Shown piece by piece: positions 13,383 to 25,070 of a stretch of 64,000 nucleotides of DNA (positions are counted from its first letter, which is position 1; each line of letters opens with the position of its first letter). Below the pieces are notes generated by a model. The model did not search any database. It saw only the letters and a program-made list of their open reading frames with translations, and was not told the origin of the DNA. Where the stretch lies: positions 28,274,001 through 28,338,000 of the forward strand of contig CM059433.1 in NCBI GenBank assembly GCA_030390025.1, written 5' to 3'. The position numbers and the translations under genes are program-made. The DNA comes from Squalus acanthias. Its lineage: Eukaryota.

Positions 13383-14997
13383 ATTTTTAAAACAAATAAA
13401 AATGAACTTGTGTTAGTTTATTTTTAAAACTATAACTTTTAGTGCATTTTTGTGCTCAAAGATTTGTATGTCAGTCGATGGGGCAGATGTTTCAGTTTTA
13501 CTACCCGTGTCAACTCAAAAAGTATTTTTAAATCAGTTACATTACATATGGAGATCGGGTGGGAAAGTGGAGTTGAGGTCAAAGATCAGCCATGATCTTA
13601 TTGAATGGCGGAGCGGGCCTGAGGGGCCATGTGGCCTACTCCTGCTCCTAATTCTTATGTTATCAAAGGCCAGGTGCAGATTATAAAGTAGCGCTCCGCT
13701 GTTCTAACAAATTGTTTTAAACCCAAACTCACTAGTATGCTCTCTTCTGCACCAGTGAAATTCACACCAAACACCCTGATAATTCCTCCCTTCTTTCCAG
13801 AGAAATTTTCTCCCCTTCCCTACCTCCTCCGCTCCTGAAATTTCCTGCAGTGAGAATGTTAGCTTCCTGCCAACGTGTTGCCATTTCTATATTGTGGGCC
13901 AGCATCCATCAGGAACTGAGTAGAGGCTTGCTGAAATAATTGCAGATAGGATCGTCTTACAAGTGGCAGAAAGAGGAAACTCGCGTCCTTTTAGTCTGAA
14001 TTTAAATCGAGGAATCCAAGGAAAACAAAATTCAGGTCAACCGACTCCAACTTTCAGAACCCACTACCACCTTTCTTAGCTTTTACATTATTTCCCCTAC
14101 TTTCCTGAGCAATTTACTCATCTTCCCTATCCACTCCTCTCCTGAAATTCCCCTCTTTCTTTCCCGAGACATTTTCTCCCCTTCCCTAACCCCATCTCTC
14201 CTGAAATTCACCCCCTTTCTTTCCAAGGACATTTTCTCCTCTTCCCTCCTGTCCTGAAAGCATCGACACATTCTTAGAGTGCGCTTCCACAGTTGTGGGT
14301 CACCCTCCAGTATGTGGGCTAAATTAGATTGCTTCATGTAGAAGCCTAGACTGCGAGCGTCGGCAGACTATTTAACGAGGGGCAATCACGGCTAAGCTCG
14401 ATCTTGCTCTCTCTGGGCCAGATGTTGCCCTTCAGCAGGAGGGCCCGGAGGCTTGTCAGTCAGAGTGGGAAGCCTGGCCACCTTTCCCTTTCCTAACCTA
14501 GGCAAGCCCAAACCAGTTAACTCAGTAAAGACTGGGGATCAAAGCTGGGACTTAGCAAGCTGTTCACTGGCTTAACCAGTTGTGCCATTGAGAGAAGTTT
14601 TAAGATATTTGGCAAAGGAACCAGAGGCAAGAGGACAACATTTAAAAACATTTTTTTTTTTTTTTTTTACACAGCGAGTTGTAATGATCTGGAATACACT
14701 GCTTGAAAGGGTGGTGGAAGCAGATTCAATGGTAACTTTCAAAAGGGAACTGGATATATACTTGAAGGTGAAAAAACTACAGGGCTATGGGGAAAGAGCG
14801 GGGGAGTGGGACTAATTGGAAAACGCTTTGAAAGAGCCGGCACAGACACGATGGGCTGAAAGGCCTCTTCTGTGCTATAAGATTCTATGATTTTAAGTTT
14901 TCCATGGCTTTTCTATTGCCCCCCTAATATCTGGAGTGCCTCAGAAAGAACAGATAGATCCTAAATGCGTTACAGTAGAGTAGAGGTCTTTACTCAC

Positions 14998-15152
14998 TGA
15001 ATCTGTCTTTCCAGGAAATCCACTCCAATGGTTTTCTTGTAGTCCTTGGTGAAAATACCCTTGCAGTACCGCTGTATCATGCTTGATTTACCAACAGCCC
15101 CATTGCCAACAACCACCACCTTGATGGCCACTTCGATATCCTCTTCCAGCAT
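14998..15152 (-). CDS. RAB23: RAB23 first coding exon (MLEEDIEVAIKVVVVGNGAVGKSSMIQRYCKGIFTKDYKKTIGVDFLERQIQ)
   Basis: Manual translation gives the RAB23 N-terminus with P-loop GNGAVGKS and switch I TIGVDF. 155 nt; donor GTGAGT. Likely exon acceptor upstream at 15261 (pyrimidine tract + TTGCAG). Confidence 0.97.
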
Positions 15153-16486
15153 GGTTGGACTGCGCGTAGGGACCTGCTGTCACACACTTGTTGAGGGATA
15201 CCGTCTTTTGACCACACTCCCTGCAGTTAGAAGCAAAGCAGGCCTGCTCTAGTTCATTAACCTGCAACAAAGACAAGAGGGTTACTTGACCTCTGTGTTT
15301 TATAAGCAATAGTTTGTTCTCTCAGTAAGCACGTTCTGGCCTCAAAGAAATGCAACCTTTTGACAAAAACTATGATGTGATGTCCTACCGAAATGAAACC
15401 AAACCAATGACACTGCATTACGCACATCATGAAAAATTCAAGAGGTCCCTCCATAACTCACACGCATCATTACCTGGCTGACAAGAGAACCGTCAATCTG
15501 CTCTACAGAAACTCTTGCTTTGGAGCCAGCTCAGGAGTTGCTCAAGAGCAGTCAGGATTACTTGTGTTTTCATTTTGCCTGCCCCCTGGATCAGGCAATA
15601 CCCAATCTATACTCAGCTTCTCCCAAAACCACAACCAAGATCTGGAACACTTATCCGAACACAGCGCAGCAATTTGATGATTTTTTTTTTACTGGTAACT
15701 TAAGACAAAAACCATACAATGTGGCCTTCAAAGACAGTGAAGGCATGAAAGGGGAAGCTAGATAAACACGAGGGAGAAAGGAATAGAAGGATATGCTGAT
15801 AGGGTGAGATGAAGAGGGGTGGGAGGAGGCTCGGGTGGAGCATAAACACCGGCATAGACCTGTTGGGCCGAATGTCCTGTTTCTGTGTTGTAAATTCAAG
15901 GTAAATCTCGACTGTGGTAAATTTTGCCCAATTCGCTTCCTCATACTGCAGACATAACCTTTACACTAATTTATGGCAAAAATAAAATCACAATTCTGTG
16001 ACCAAATGTCTTCCCCATTCCAAAAGCTGAAAAAAATGTCTCCGTTTAATCCTAACTTGACACACAATGTTGTTGTGCATTTTTCACATGTTCCGCTGGA
16101 TGAGGTTGTAAATTGAATAAATGTAAAGTGCACAGTTGAGATTCAATCACTGACATCCAGAATGCATCCACTGAAAGCAAGGGCGACAGTACTTTTCCCA
16201 TTGTTATCCTCTCCCTTCGTCTAAATACAGCCACTTTGTTGGGGGATGGTTTCAAGGGCGCCGAAACACAGCTTGCCCAAACTGCAACTGGACACGTGAG
16301 CTGTGACTGGGAGTGTCAGCGGGCTATTCAACCATGGGGGGGGGGGGGATCACAATAACACATGCTCCTCGTATGACATCCATACATGCACACTTCAGCA
16401 GAGGTGATTGGATGCCCATCAGGATGTGGGAACACTGACAAAACCCTGACACACTGCTGCCCAGGCAGAGATGGAATCATACAGCA

Positions 16487-17571
16487 GGTTGGCAGACAGG
16501 AAGCAAAGAGTTGGAATAAACGGGTCTTTTTCCGAGTGGCAGGCAGTGACTAGTGGGGTACCGCAGGGATCGGTCCTAGGACCCCAGCTATTCACAATAT
16601 ATATTAATGATCTAGACGAGGGAACTAGATGTAATATCTCCAAGTTTGCAGACGACACAAAGCTGGGTGGGCGTGTATGCTGTGAGGAGGATGCCGAGAA
16701 ACTCCAGTATGATTTGGATAGGTTGGGTGATTGTACTGCATTTGCCATGCATCTGCCCAATGTGGATAAATGCGAGGTTATCCACTTTGGTGGCAAAAAC
16801 AGGAAGGCAGATTATTATCTGAACGGCAATAGATTGGGAGAAGGGGAAGTGCAACGAGACCTGGGTGTCCTTGTGCACCAGTCGCTGAAGGTAAGCATGC
16901 AGGTGCAGCAGGCGGTTAAGAAGGCAAATGGTATGTTGGCCTTCATAGCGAGAGGGTTCGAGTACAAGAACAAGGATGTCTTGCTGCAGTTGTACAGAGC
17001 CTTGGTGAGACCACATCTTGAGTATTGTGTGCAGTTTTGGTCGCCTTATCTGAGGAAGAATGTTCTTGCCATGGAAGGAGTGCAGCGAAGATTCACCAGA
17101 CTGATACCTGGGATGGCAGGAATGACGTATGAGGAAAGATTGGGTCGATTGGGCTTATACTCGCTGGAGTTTAGAAAAATGAGAGGGGATCTCATTGAAA
17201 CTTACAAAATTCTAACAGGACTAGACAGACTAGATGCAGGAAGGATGTTCCCGATGGCCGGGGAGTCCAGAACCAGGGGTCACAGTCTAAGATAAGGGGT
17301 AAGCCATTTAGGACAGAGATGAGGAGGAATTTCTTCACCCAAAGAGTGGTGAACCTGTGGAATTCTCTACCACAGAAGGCAGTTGAGGCCAACTCATTAC
17401 ATATATTCAAGAAGGAATTAGATATATTTCTTAAGGCTAAAGGGATCAAGGGATATGGGGAGAAGGCAGGGACAGGGTACTGAATTTGGATGATCAGCCA
17501 TGATCTCATTGAATGGCGGAGCAGGCTCGAGGGGCCGAATGGCCTACTCCTGCTCCTATCTTCCATGATTC
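16487..17571 (+). mobile_element. CR1-clade LINE 3' fragment (RT C-terminal half and 3' UTR)
   Basis: SGVPQGSVLGP, FADDTK, YCVQFWSP; inserted into an oppositely oriented CR1 tail that resumes at about 17572. Confidence 0.95.
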
Positions 17572-18206
17572 TAGCACAGAAGGAGGCCATTCAGCCCATC
17601 GTGCCTGTGCCGGCTCTTTGAAAGAGCTCTCCAATTAGCCCCACTCCCCTCGCACACTCTTCCCTGTAGCCATGAATCGATTCACTCAGCACAGATCCGG
17701 AACATTCCCGGTCTGTGTGGTTCAGCTAGTCGGGTAGGTCATGAGAGCACCTGGCAAACATCAATTTGGCAAAATAAAAGCGTAGGATTCTAAACATGAG
17801 GTGGCGTTAAATAAGGGCTCCATTACTTGTCAATTTGTTAAATTACTGCATTTGCTGTTCATTTGACAGCGATTCATTCTGGTTATTTGTTGCCAATTGT
17901 CACTAGCAACATGCTCCTTTAGGATGCAGCTGCAACTGCAGAACAAAAATCGAACAAAGAGAGAGAGAATCATTTAATACACTGTTGAGTAAGGTCTCTC
18001 CAAATATTGAACCCTTTGGACTAGAATGCAGATAGGTTTAAAAAAAAAGAGAAACATTGCTTTGTAGAATTAGTACAGTTGAAGGGACTGAACAAGGGAA
18101 CGAAGAAAAGTTTAACAGGGTTTGTACGAGTTAAGTTAAAATTAAAACCATCCAGTTCCTACTGAGGAGGACAAAAGAGTTAGAAGTTGTTAAAAGTAAA
18201 GTCAAT

Positions 18207-18912
18207 GGCCCAAATTTTGCGGTCAGCAGAAGGAATGGCACGTGCCATTCACTATGCTGACAACTAAGCAGAGTTTTTGCGGGCTTTTGAGCGTAAACTT
18301 GCTGTCATCAGGCGTCTGTTCCAGCATGGCACCCTCTACAGGGGATCTGTGGCGTGTTAGCAGGACAAGCAACAGCAAAGCTCTTCAACCATTAAGATTG
18401 GATGCCCATCAGGATGTGGGCAGAGTCTAAACCAGGAATTAAAAATATTTAAATCATGTAGCCAATGCAAAATAAAGACTGGGAAAGAAAGATGGGATTA
18501 AGGGAGAGAGATAAAAGAGATAAACAGAAAAAGTAAAAAAATCTCCAACACTAATTAAATTCTGAAGAACTGAGACGCCACACTTGTAAAATTAAATTTT
18601 CAGGGCCGGAGAGGTTGTTTGGTAGTAATTATGACTTATCCCTTACACCTGACTGCACCAGCCCTAACATTTTCTGATGTGTTTAGTGGGTACGTACCGC
18701 AACGTCACGCCCTCGCATTGATTTCAATGCCACGTCTATCGGCGAGGTACTGTTATAGCGTAGCCCGTGGAGGAGCAGCGTAACTTGGACAGCAACTTCC
18801 GAATTTCTACATTTAACTGCGCATGTGCTGACTCTGGAAGTTGCTGTCCAATTTACCTTATAATAACGGTGAGCGCTGATAGCCTCACTGTTATTCTCAA
18901 CATAAAATCTGG
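18207..18912. mobile_element. ~700-bp element related to 55371-56097
   Basis: Shared internal blocks and internal hairpin TTGGACAGCAACTTCC..GGAAGTTGCTGTCCAA; TIRs decayed. Confidence 0.55.
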
Positions 18913-19950
18913 ATTAAAACCTGTTAAACAAAAGCATGAGTGTCTGAATCAAATAGCAAGTTCACAGCACAATGTAAACAAAAAGCACAGTAAATTCCCA
19001 CGCTAAATTGTCAATGACAAAGTTTCATTGACAAGTTATGTAATTTCTATTCATTCCAATGTCGAATACTGTGCTAAAAAGTATTAGAAAAATCCATCAT
19101 CATACACAATAGCAAATAGTAAGAGTTTCTAACCATCTCCTGACTGCTGAAGTAAGGTCACACCCTTCAAATCATTCGAGTTCATCGTTTTAACAAAAAT
19201 AAACTCGTGATTTCAGTCCAACTGCATGAGACAGACCAAGTTTTTTTCAAGAAAATGTTTTGAGGAAGGGGATGATGATTTTAAAAGGGAGGGGGACAGT
19301 ACCTGAAGAGAGGGAACCATATAGAATGTCAAGTAGCATGGGGGGCAGGAAGGGAAGTTGGGTAGTCAGCAATTTAGTGGAAATGAGATCAAGGGAACAA
19401 GAGGTGGCTGTCATTGATGAGATGGACTCGGAGAGGACATGAGGAGCAATGGGAGAAAAACTAGGGAGAGACAAGGGTTCAAGGCTTCAAGGCTTGGGCA
19501 TGGGGATGGCTGGGGCATTTGGTGGGCTAGGGGGAAGGGTGAAAACAGAGCAAATGTAATTTTAATTTCAAAGAAAAAGTATAAATGGATGCAGCCTCGC
19601 ACAGGGCCGTGTCAGCACAGTGTGGGATGTTTGAATTACTGCTGATTTCTCGAAGAAGAAGTTGGACCACAGAGCTGCTTCTGGTGCACAGTAATTTGTT
19701 ACAATGCACCAGAAGCAGCTCTTCATTGGTTAAAATTGAAGACTGCGGGACATTGACAGGCAAGTCTTCTGGGGTTAAATTCATCCCTGTCTGCAGACAA
19801 CACCACCATGCATTTATATAGTGTCTTTAATTTAGTAAAACATCCCAAAACACTTCACAGGAACAAAATTTGACACCGAGCCACAAAAGGAAACATTAGG
19901 ACAGGTGACCAAAAGCTTGGTCATAGAGGTAGGTTTTAAGGAGCGTCGTA

Positions 19951-20420
19951 AAGGCCAACATCCCCAGCATTGAAGCTTTGACAACGCTCGATCAGCTCCG
20001 ATGGAGGGGTCACATCGTCCGCATGCCCGATACGAGACTCTCAAAACAAGCGCTCTACTTGGAGCTCCGACACGGCAAGAGAGCCCCAGATGGGCAGAGG
20101 AAATGCTTCAAGGACACCCTCAAAGCCTCCTTGAAAAAGTGCAACATCCCCACTGACACCTGGGAATCCCTGGCCCAAGACCGCACAAAGTGGAGGAGAA
20201 GCATCTGGGAAGGCGCCAAACATCTCGAGTCTCTTCGCCGGAAGCCAAGCGCAAGGCGCGCACATCAACCCAAGCACCCCACCCACCCCTTCAACCACCG
20301 TCTGCCCCACCTGTGACAGAGACTGTAGGTCCCGCATTGGACTCATCAGTCGCCTGAGAACTCATTTTTAATGTGGAAGCAAGTCATCCTCGGTTCCAAG
20401 GGACTGCCTAAGAAGAAGAG
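19951..20420 (+). mobile_element. RTE-clade LINE 3' fragment nested in an L2 remnant
   Basis: QLRWRGHIVRMPDTRL.KQ.LY.EL..GKR..GQRK.FKDTLK..WESLAQDR.KWR; (AAG)n tail; L2-like sequence continues on both sides. Confidence 0.85.
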
Positions 20421-21598
20421 GAGAAAGGAGGAGAGGTAGCGAGGGAATTAGGTTTAGGCAGGGAATTCCAGAGCTTACGGCCTAGGCAACAGAAGGCACG
20501 GCCGCCAATGGTGGAGCGAAGAAAACTTCCAATCACGCTCGAGAAGACGTAACATCCGATTTTCATCTTTGTATCAATAGGCACTGCCTGTTCTTTAATT
20601 AAAATGCAGCATGTAAATCCACATATTTGCGACAGAAACTCTTAACAAAATGTATGTTCTGAATCATTTTTAATGCTGTGCAGTAGATTCTGGCCTTTAC
20701 TTGTCGTATGTATGGCAACGAATGCCTGTAATGTCCTCACAGAATAGTCTGAAAATGAGTGTTGCTACATCTACATTTTTTTAAAATCACTGCTGTGCTC
20801 ATGATTCCCCTGGGGTGCCTCATTTTAAATTCATCTTCAGTCAAGCTGTGCATTTACATTTTTCAAAATGCATTTCTAAAAAAAAACATATTATTGTATT
20901 TAGTGGTCTCCAAGTTGTGCTACTCTACTGCTCGCCATCAGAACTTGCTACTCCCTTTGATGCAGGTCACCATTCCCATTACTGACACAATAGGAAGAAT
21001 ATTTAACCTTTAGGACTTAATATAGTGTTTGCAGTAGTTCAAGAGCATGATACTTAGCAGTTTCCATTCAATTAAGTTTGAATTTTTATGCTACATGTTG
21101 ATTTGACAGCATGGTGTAGAATAGCAAAGCTTTAAAGGGACACCTCGTCTTCCTACTACTCCATGCAACTAAACTAATAAGGAAGAATCAATATTCTACT
21201 AAGTGCCATGGCACTCTTCACAGAAAGGGAAATACCCGAGAGTGCTTAACAAGGGCAATAAGGAAGGCATTTTTGGGGGTGAAGGGGAAAAAAAATAGAC
21301 CCCCCTTTTGAAGGCATGGTCAATCACAGAAGGGTTTATCGAAGGTTTCTGAAGACAGAAATGGCAGTATAGAAGTGAAGTGATTTTGAGAGAGAATTAT
21401 AGAGGGCAGGACCCCAATGATGGACCAGAGGAAGCAAAAACAAGCAATAATCTGGTCAAAGGAGCAGGTGAAACAGAGAACAGCCCATGGCAGAAGAAAA
21501 ATCATTCATATTATGGAGTGGGGACATTGAGGGGTTTGAAGACTTGGATCTTAGTAGTGGATTTGCTGGGGCACAAGGAGCCAGTGAAGTTTGGCAAG

Positions 21599-21960
21599 TG
21601 TCAGTTTGGCTCAGTTGGTAGCACTCTCACCCGAGTCAGAGGGCTATCGGCTCAAGTCCCACTGCCTCACTTAAGGATGTAGGCTGACACTGTTGGAGGT
21701 ACCATGATTCGACTAAGATGCTAAACCAAGGTTCTTTCGATCTGTTGTGCTGGACAAAGATCGCACAGCACTATTCAAAGAGGAGCTTGGAATGCCAACC
21801 TTTAACCAATACCACAAGAGAATAACTGTTCATCTTGTTGCTGTTGGTGGGATTTTGCTGAATACATAACAGTCATCCCACTTCAAAGTAACTCCCTGTA
21901 CATGCAGTGCTTTGTGATGCTCCTCAGAGACGCGAGTTGGCACTATATAAATGCAAGTTC
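21599..21960 (+). mobile_element. Same SINE family, highly degenerate
   Basis: TGGCTCAGTTGGTAGCACTCTC head and CACTATATAAATGCAAGT tail. Confidence 0.65.
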
Positions 21961-24936
21961 CTCAATTTTCATTTTGGCTGTAGGATACCAGCCAGAGTTC
22001 TGTATTAGCTGCAGTTTATAAAGGCTGGAAGTGGAGAGGTGCATTTGAGACTCTTTCAATCCTGAAGATGAAGGCATGAATTCGGATTTCAGCAGCAGTG
22101 TGGCAGTGGAAGGGGGAAGAAAGAGAGAGATAAAGATAAGCAGGCAAATTACAGGAGACAGAAGAAGGTGTTCTTGAAATCTCAACTTTGGAACAAACAT
22201 GGCGCCAAGATTACTCGCTGCCTGATTTTGCCAGACATGGAGTGAAAAGCTTCATTCAGGGAAAGAGGGAGGGATGGATGGTTCGAGGTGAACCCAGTAT
22301 ATTGCTTCAAGTCAGACCGGAGACCATGAATTTAAAATTAGTTAAAAGCAAATTGAATATTTGTTTTAAAGGTAATGAATATTTGGAATAATGTAGCAGC
22401 TGGATGAGAGATTGGGCGGATTGGAGTAGGAGAAGGACAAGTTGTGAAATGCCCAAATGCCTTTTCTCAACATTTGGCCTTTTTTGCATCTTTCTCTCCT
22501 TGTAAATTCAGCTCTGATTACATCAGTAAATTGCATCTTTAATGAAAATACACATACCATACAGGCACTGATAACTGTACAGCATTCCTACTTGAATTCA
22601 GTTTCACAAGGAACTTTTGTGATTGTTAAAATACAACAGGCATATCAATGATTGCGGTATTTAGTCACAAATAACTATAAAAACAGTGAAGCCAAACATA
22701 AAGCCTCCAGCCAGGCAATATGTGTTATTCAGTTGGTTGCTGTAGAAATTGCATCACGTTTCAGAGCTGTTTTATCTGCAGTCATTTAGTGTGAAAATGT
22801 GATACCGTTTCTACAACAAGCCCAATATTAAATAGCACCAAAGTGAAAGTTTTGCATTCCACCGAATGATCCCTTCTCACTTACATTTCTTTACAGCAAA
22901 AGGAAAAAGGTGGTTAAGCGCAGTGACGGTGAGGGGATGCTAGACATTATCACTGTATGAAGCGTGCAGAATTGGCAGACCACTCAACAGTTACAAAACA
23001 AACCATGCCAATGACCCTTTCGCTATCATTAACCACAATACAATGAAGTGCAAGTTATTGCATTTTACTTCAATAGAGAAGATTGTATCAGCTTGTATGC
23101 CAAGATTGCACCAGTACAACGCTCTTAATCTGGAAATATAATATACAAAACAAAATTTGTCATAATTCTATGACTGTGACATGGTGCATTATCTCGTCGT
23201 CCCCTCAACCTCCCTGTGGCCTCTGACATTATCAACTATATTATTCCTCCTCCATTCTACAGCTTGATTCCACTCTGACCTATCTGATCATAGCAATGGC
23301 TTTTCTTCCCACTCCCCACACTGTCATCTTGTAGGCTGAAGCCGCCCAGCTCAAGTCTCCACCACCTTTCTCAAACCCTCTGCGCTGTGAGACCACTTGC
23401 CCGACACCCAGTCTTGCAAGAGCCGCAATTTCCTCCAGTCGAACATCAGGAAGACCAAGCCATCGTCTTTGCCCTGCCACAAACTACGTGCTCTCCCCAT
23501 TAACTTCATCTCCCTCCCGGCCAGTCTCAAGCTGAAGCTGACACTTCGCTACCTCAGTTGAGCTTCTGGCCCCAGAATCTTTCAATCACAATGAATGTCT
23601 ACATCCACCTCCATAACATCACTCACCTCTGCTCCTATATCAGCTCATTTGGTCACTGAAATCCTCATTTTTGCCTTCGTCACCGCTCGACTCGATTACT
23701 CAAATGCTCTCCGGGCCGGTTTTCCATCCTTCACTCTCTGTAAACTTCGGCTCATCTGAAACTCCGCTGTCTGCATCCTATCCTGCATGGAGTCCCGTGT
23801 GCCCATCACCCCTGTCCTCTCTGACCTACAATGGCCACCTGCCCCATATTTAAAATTCTGGTCCTCGTGTTTAAATCCCTGCATGGCCTTCTCTCTCCTT
23901 TTCTCTGTTGCCTCCTCTGAATCGCCTTGTGACATTTTTACTACATTAAAGGTGCTATATAAATGCAAGTTGCTGCTCTATGTTTTAAATGTGCTATGGT
24001 GGGGAGTTACTATGGAAATATTATCTGCTAACCTTCTTGCTCCCTTCAAAAGGAATTGCTACCACCCTGTTTACACAATAGGACTCCCACAACATTACAG
24101 AACTGGGTAATACAGCAAACATTAGATCTTAAGTGTCAGTAGGAGAGCATTTTGGTGAGATTTAAGGTAGTCATGGAAAAGGACAAAGATGGACCGGAAA
24201 TAAAGGTTCTAAATTGGGGGAAGGCCGATTTTAATATGATAAGGCAGGATCTGGCCAAAGTGGACTGGGATCAGCTACTTGTAGGAAAATCCACATCAGA
24301 GCAGTGGGAGTCTTTCAGAAAGGAAATAGAGAGAGTACAACGCCAACATGTTCCCGTAAAGGTGGGACCAACAAGCCCAGGGAACCCTGGATGTCAAGGG
24401 ATATACAAGAATGGATTAGGAAAAAAAGGGAGGCTTTTGGCAGATACAAAGGACTAAAAACAGTGGAAGCCCTAGAGGAGTATAGAAAGCGCAGGGGGGT
24501 TACTTAAAGAAATTAGGAGAGCGAAGAGAGGGCATGAAAAAACACTGGCGGGCAAAATAAAGGAAAATCCCAAGGTGTTTTATAAGTATATTACGGGCAA
24601 GAGGATAACCAAGGAAAGAGTAGGGCCCATTAGGGACCAAAGTGGCAATCTGTGTGTAGAGCCAGAACATGTAGGTGAGGTTTTAAATGAATATTTTGCA
24701 TCTGTGTTCACTATGGAGAAGGACGATGTCGGCATAGAAATCAGGCAGGGGGATTGCGATATACTGGAACAAATTAGTATTGAGAGGGAGGCGGTACTAG
24801 CGGTTTTAGCGGGCTTAAAAGTGGATAAATCCCCAGGCCCAGACGAGATGTATCCCAGGCTGCTGTGTGAGGCAAGGGAGGAGATTGCAGGGGCTCTGAC
24901 ACAAATTTTCAGAACCTCTCTGGCCACAGGGGAGGT

Positions 24937-25070
24937 CATGATGCGGAGATGCCGGTGTTGGACTGGGGTGGACAAAATTGAGAGGTCGCACAACACCAGG
25001 TTATAGTCCAACAGTTTTATTTGAAATCACAAGCTTTCGGAACTATCGCTCCTTCCTCAGGTGAAGTGGG
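24937..25070 (-). mobile_element. 134-bp solo Penelope terminal fragment with hammerhead motif, inserted in a CR1
   Basis: Highly similar to 61964-62092; flanked by direct repeat CACAGGGGAGGT (24925-24936 and 25071-25082); interrupts CR1 ORF2 at ATGEV|PEDW. Confidence 0.9.
25027..25064 (-). ncRNA. Minimal hammerhead ribozyme-like motif
   Basis: Minus strand reads TCAC-CTGAGGA-A-GGAGC-GATA-GTTCC-GAAA-GC-TT-GTGA. Confidence 0.75.
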
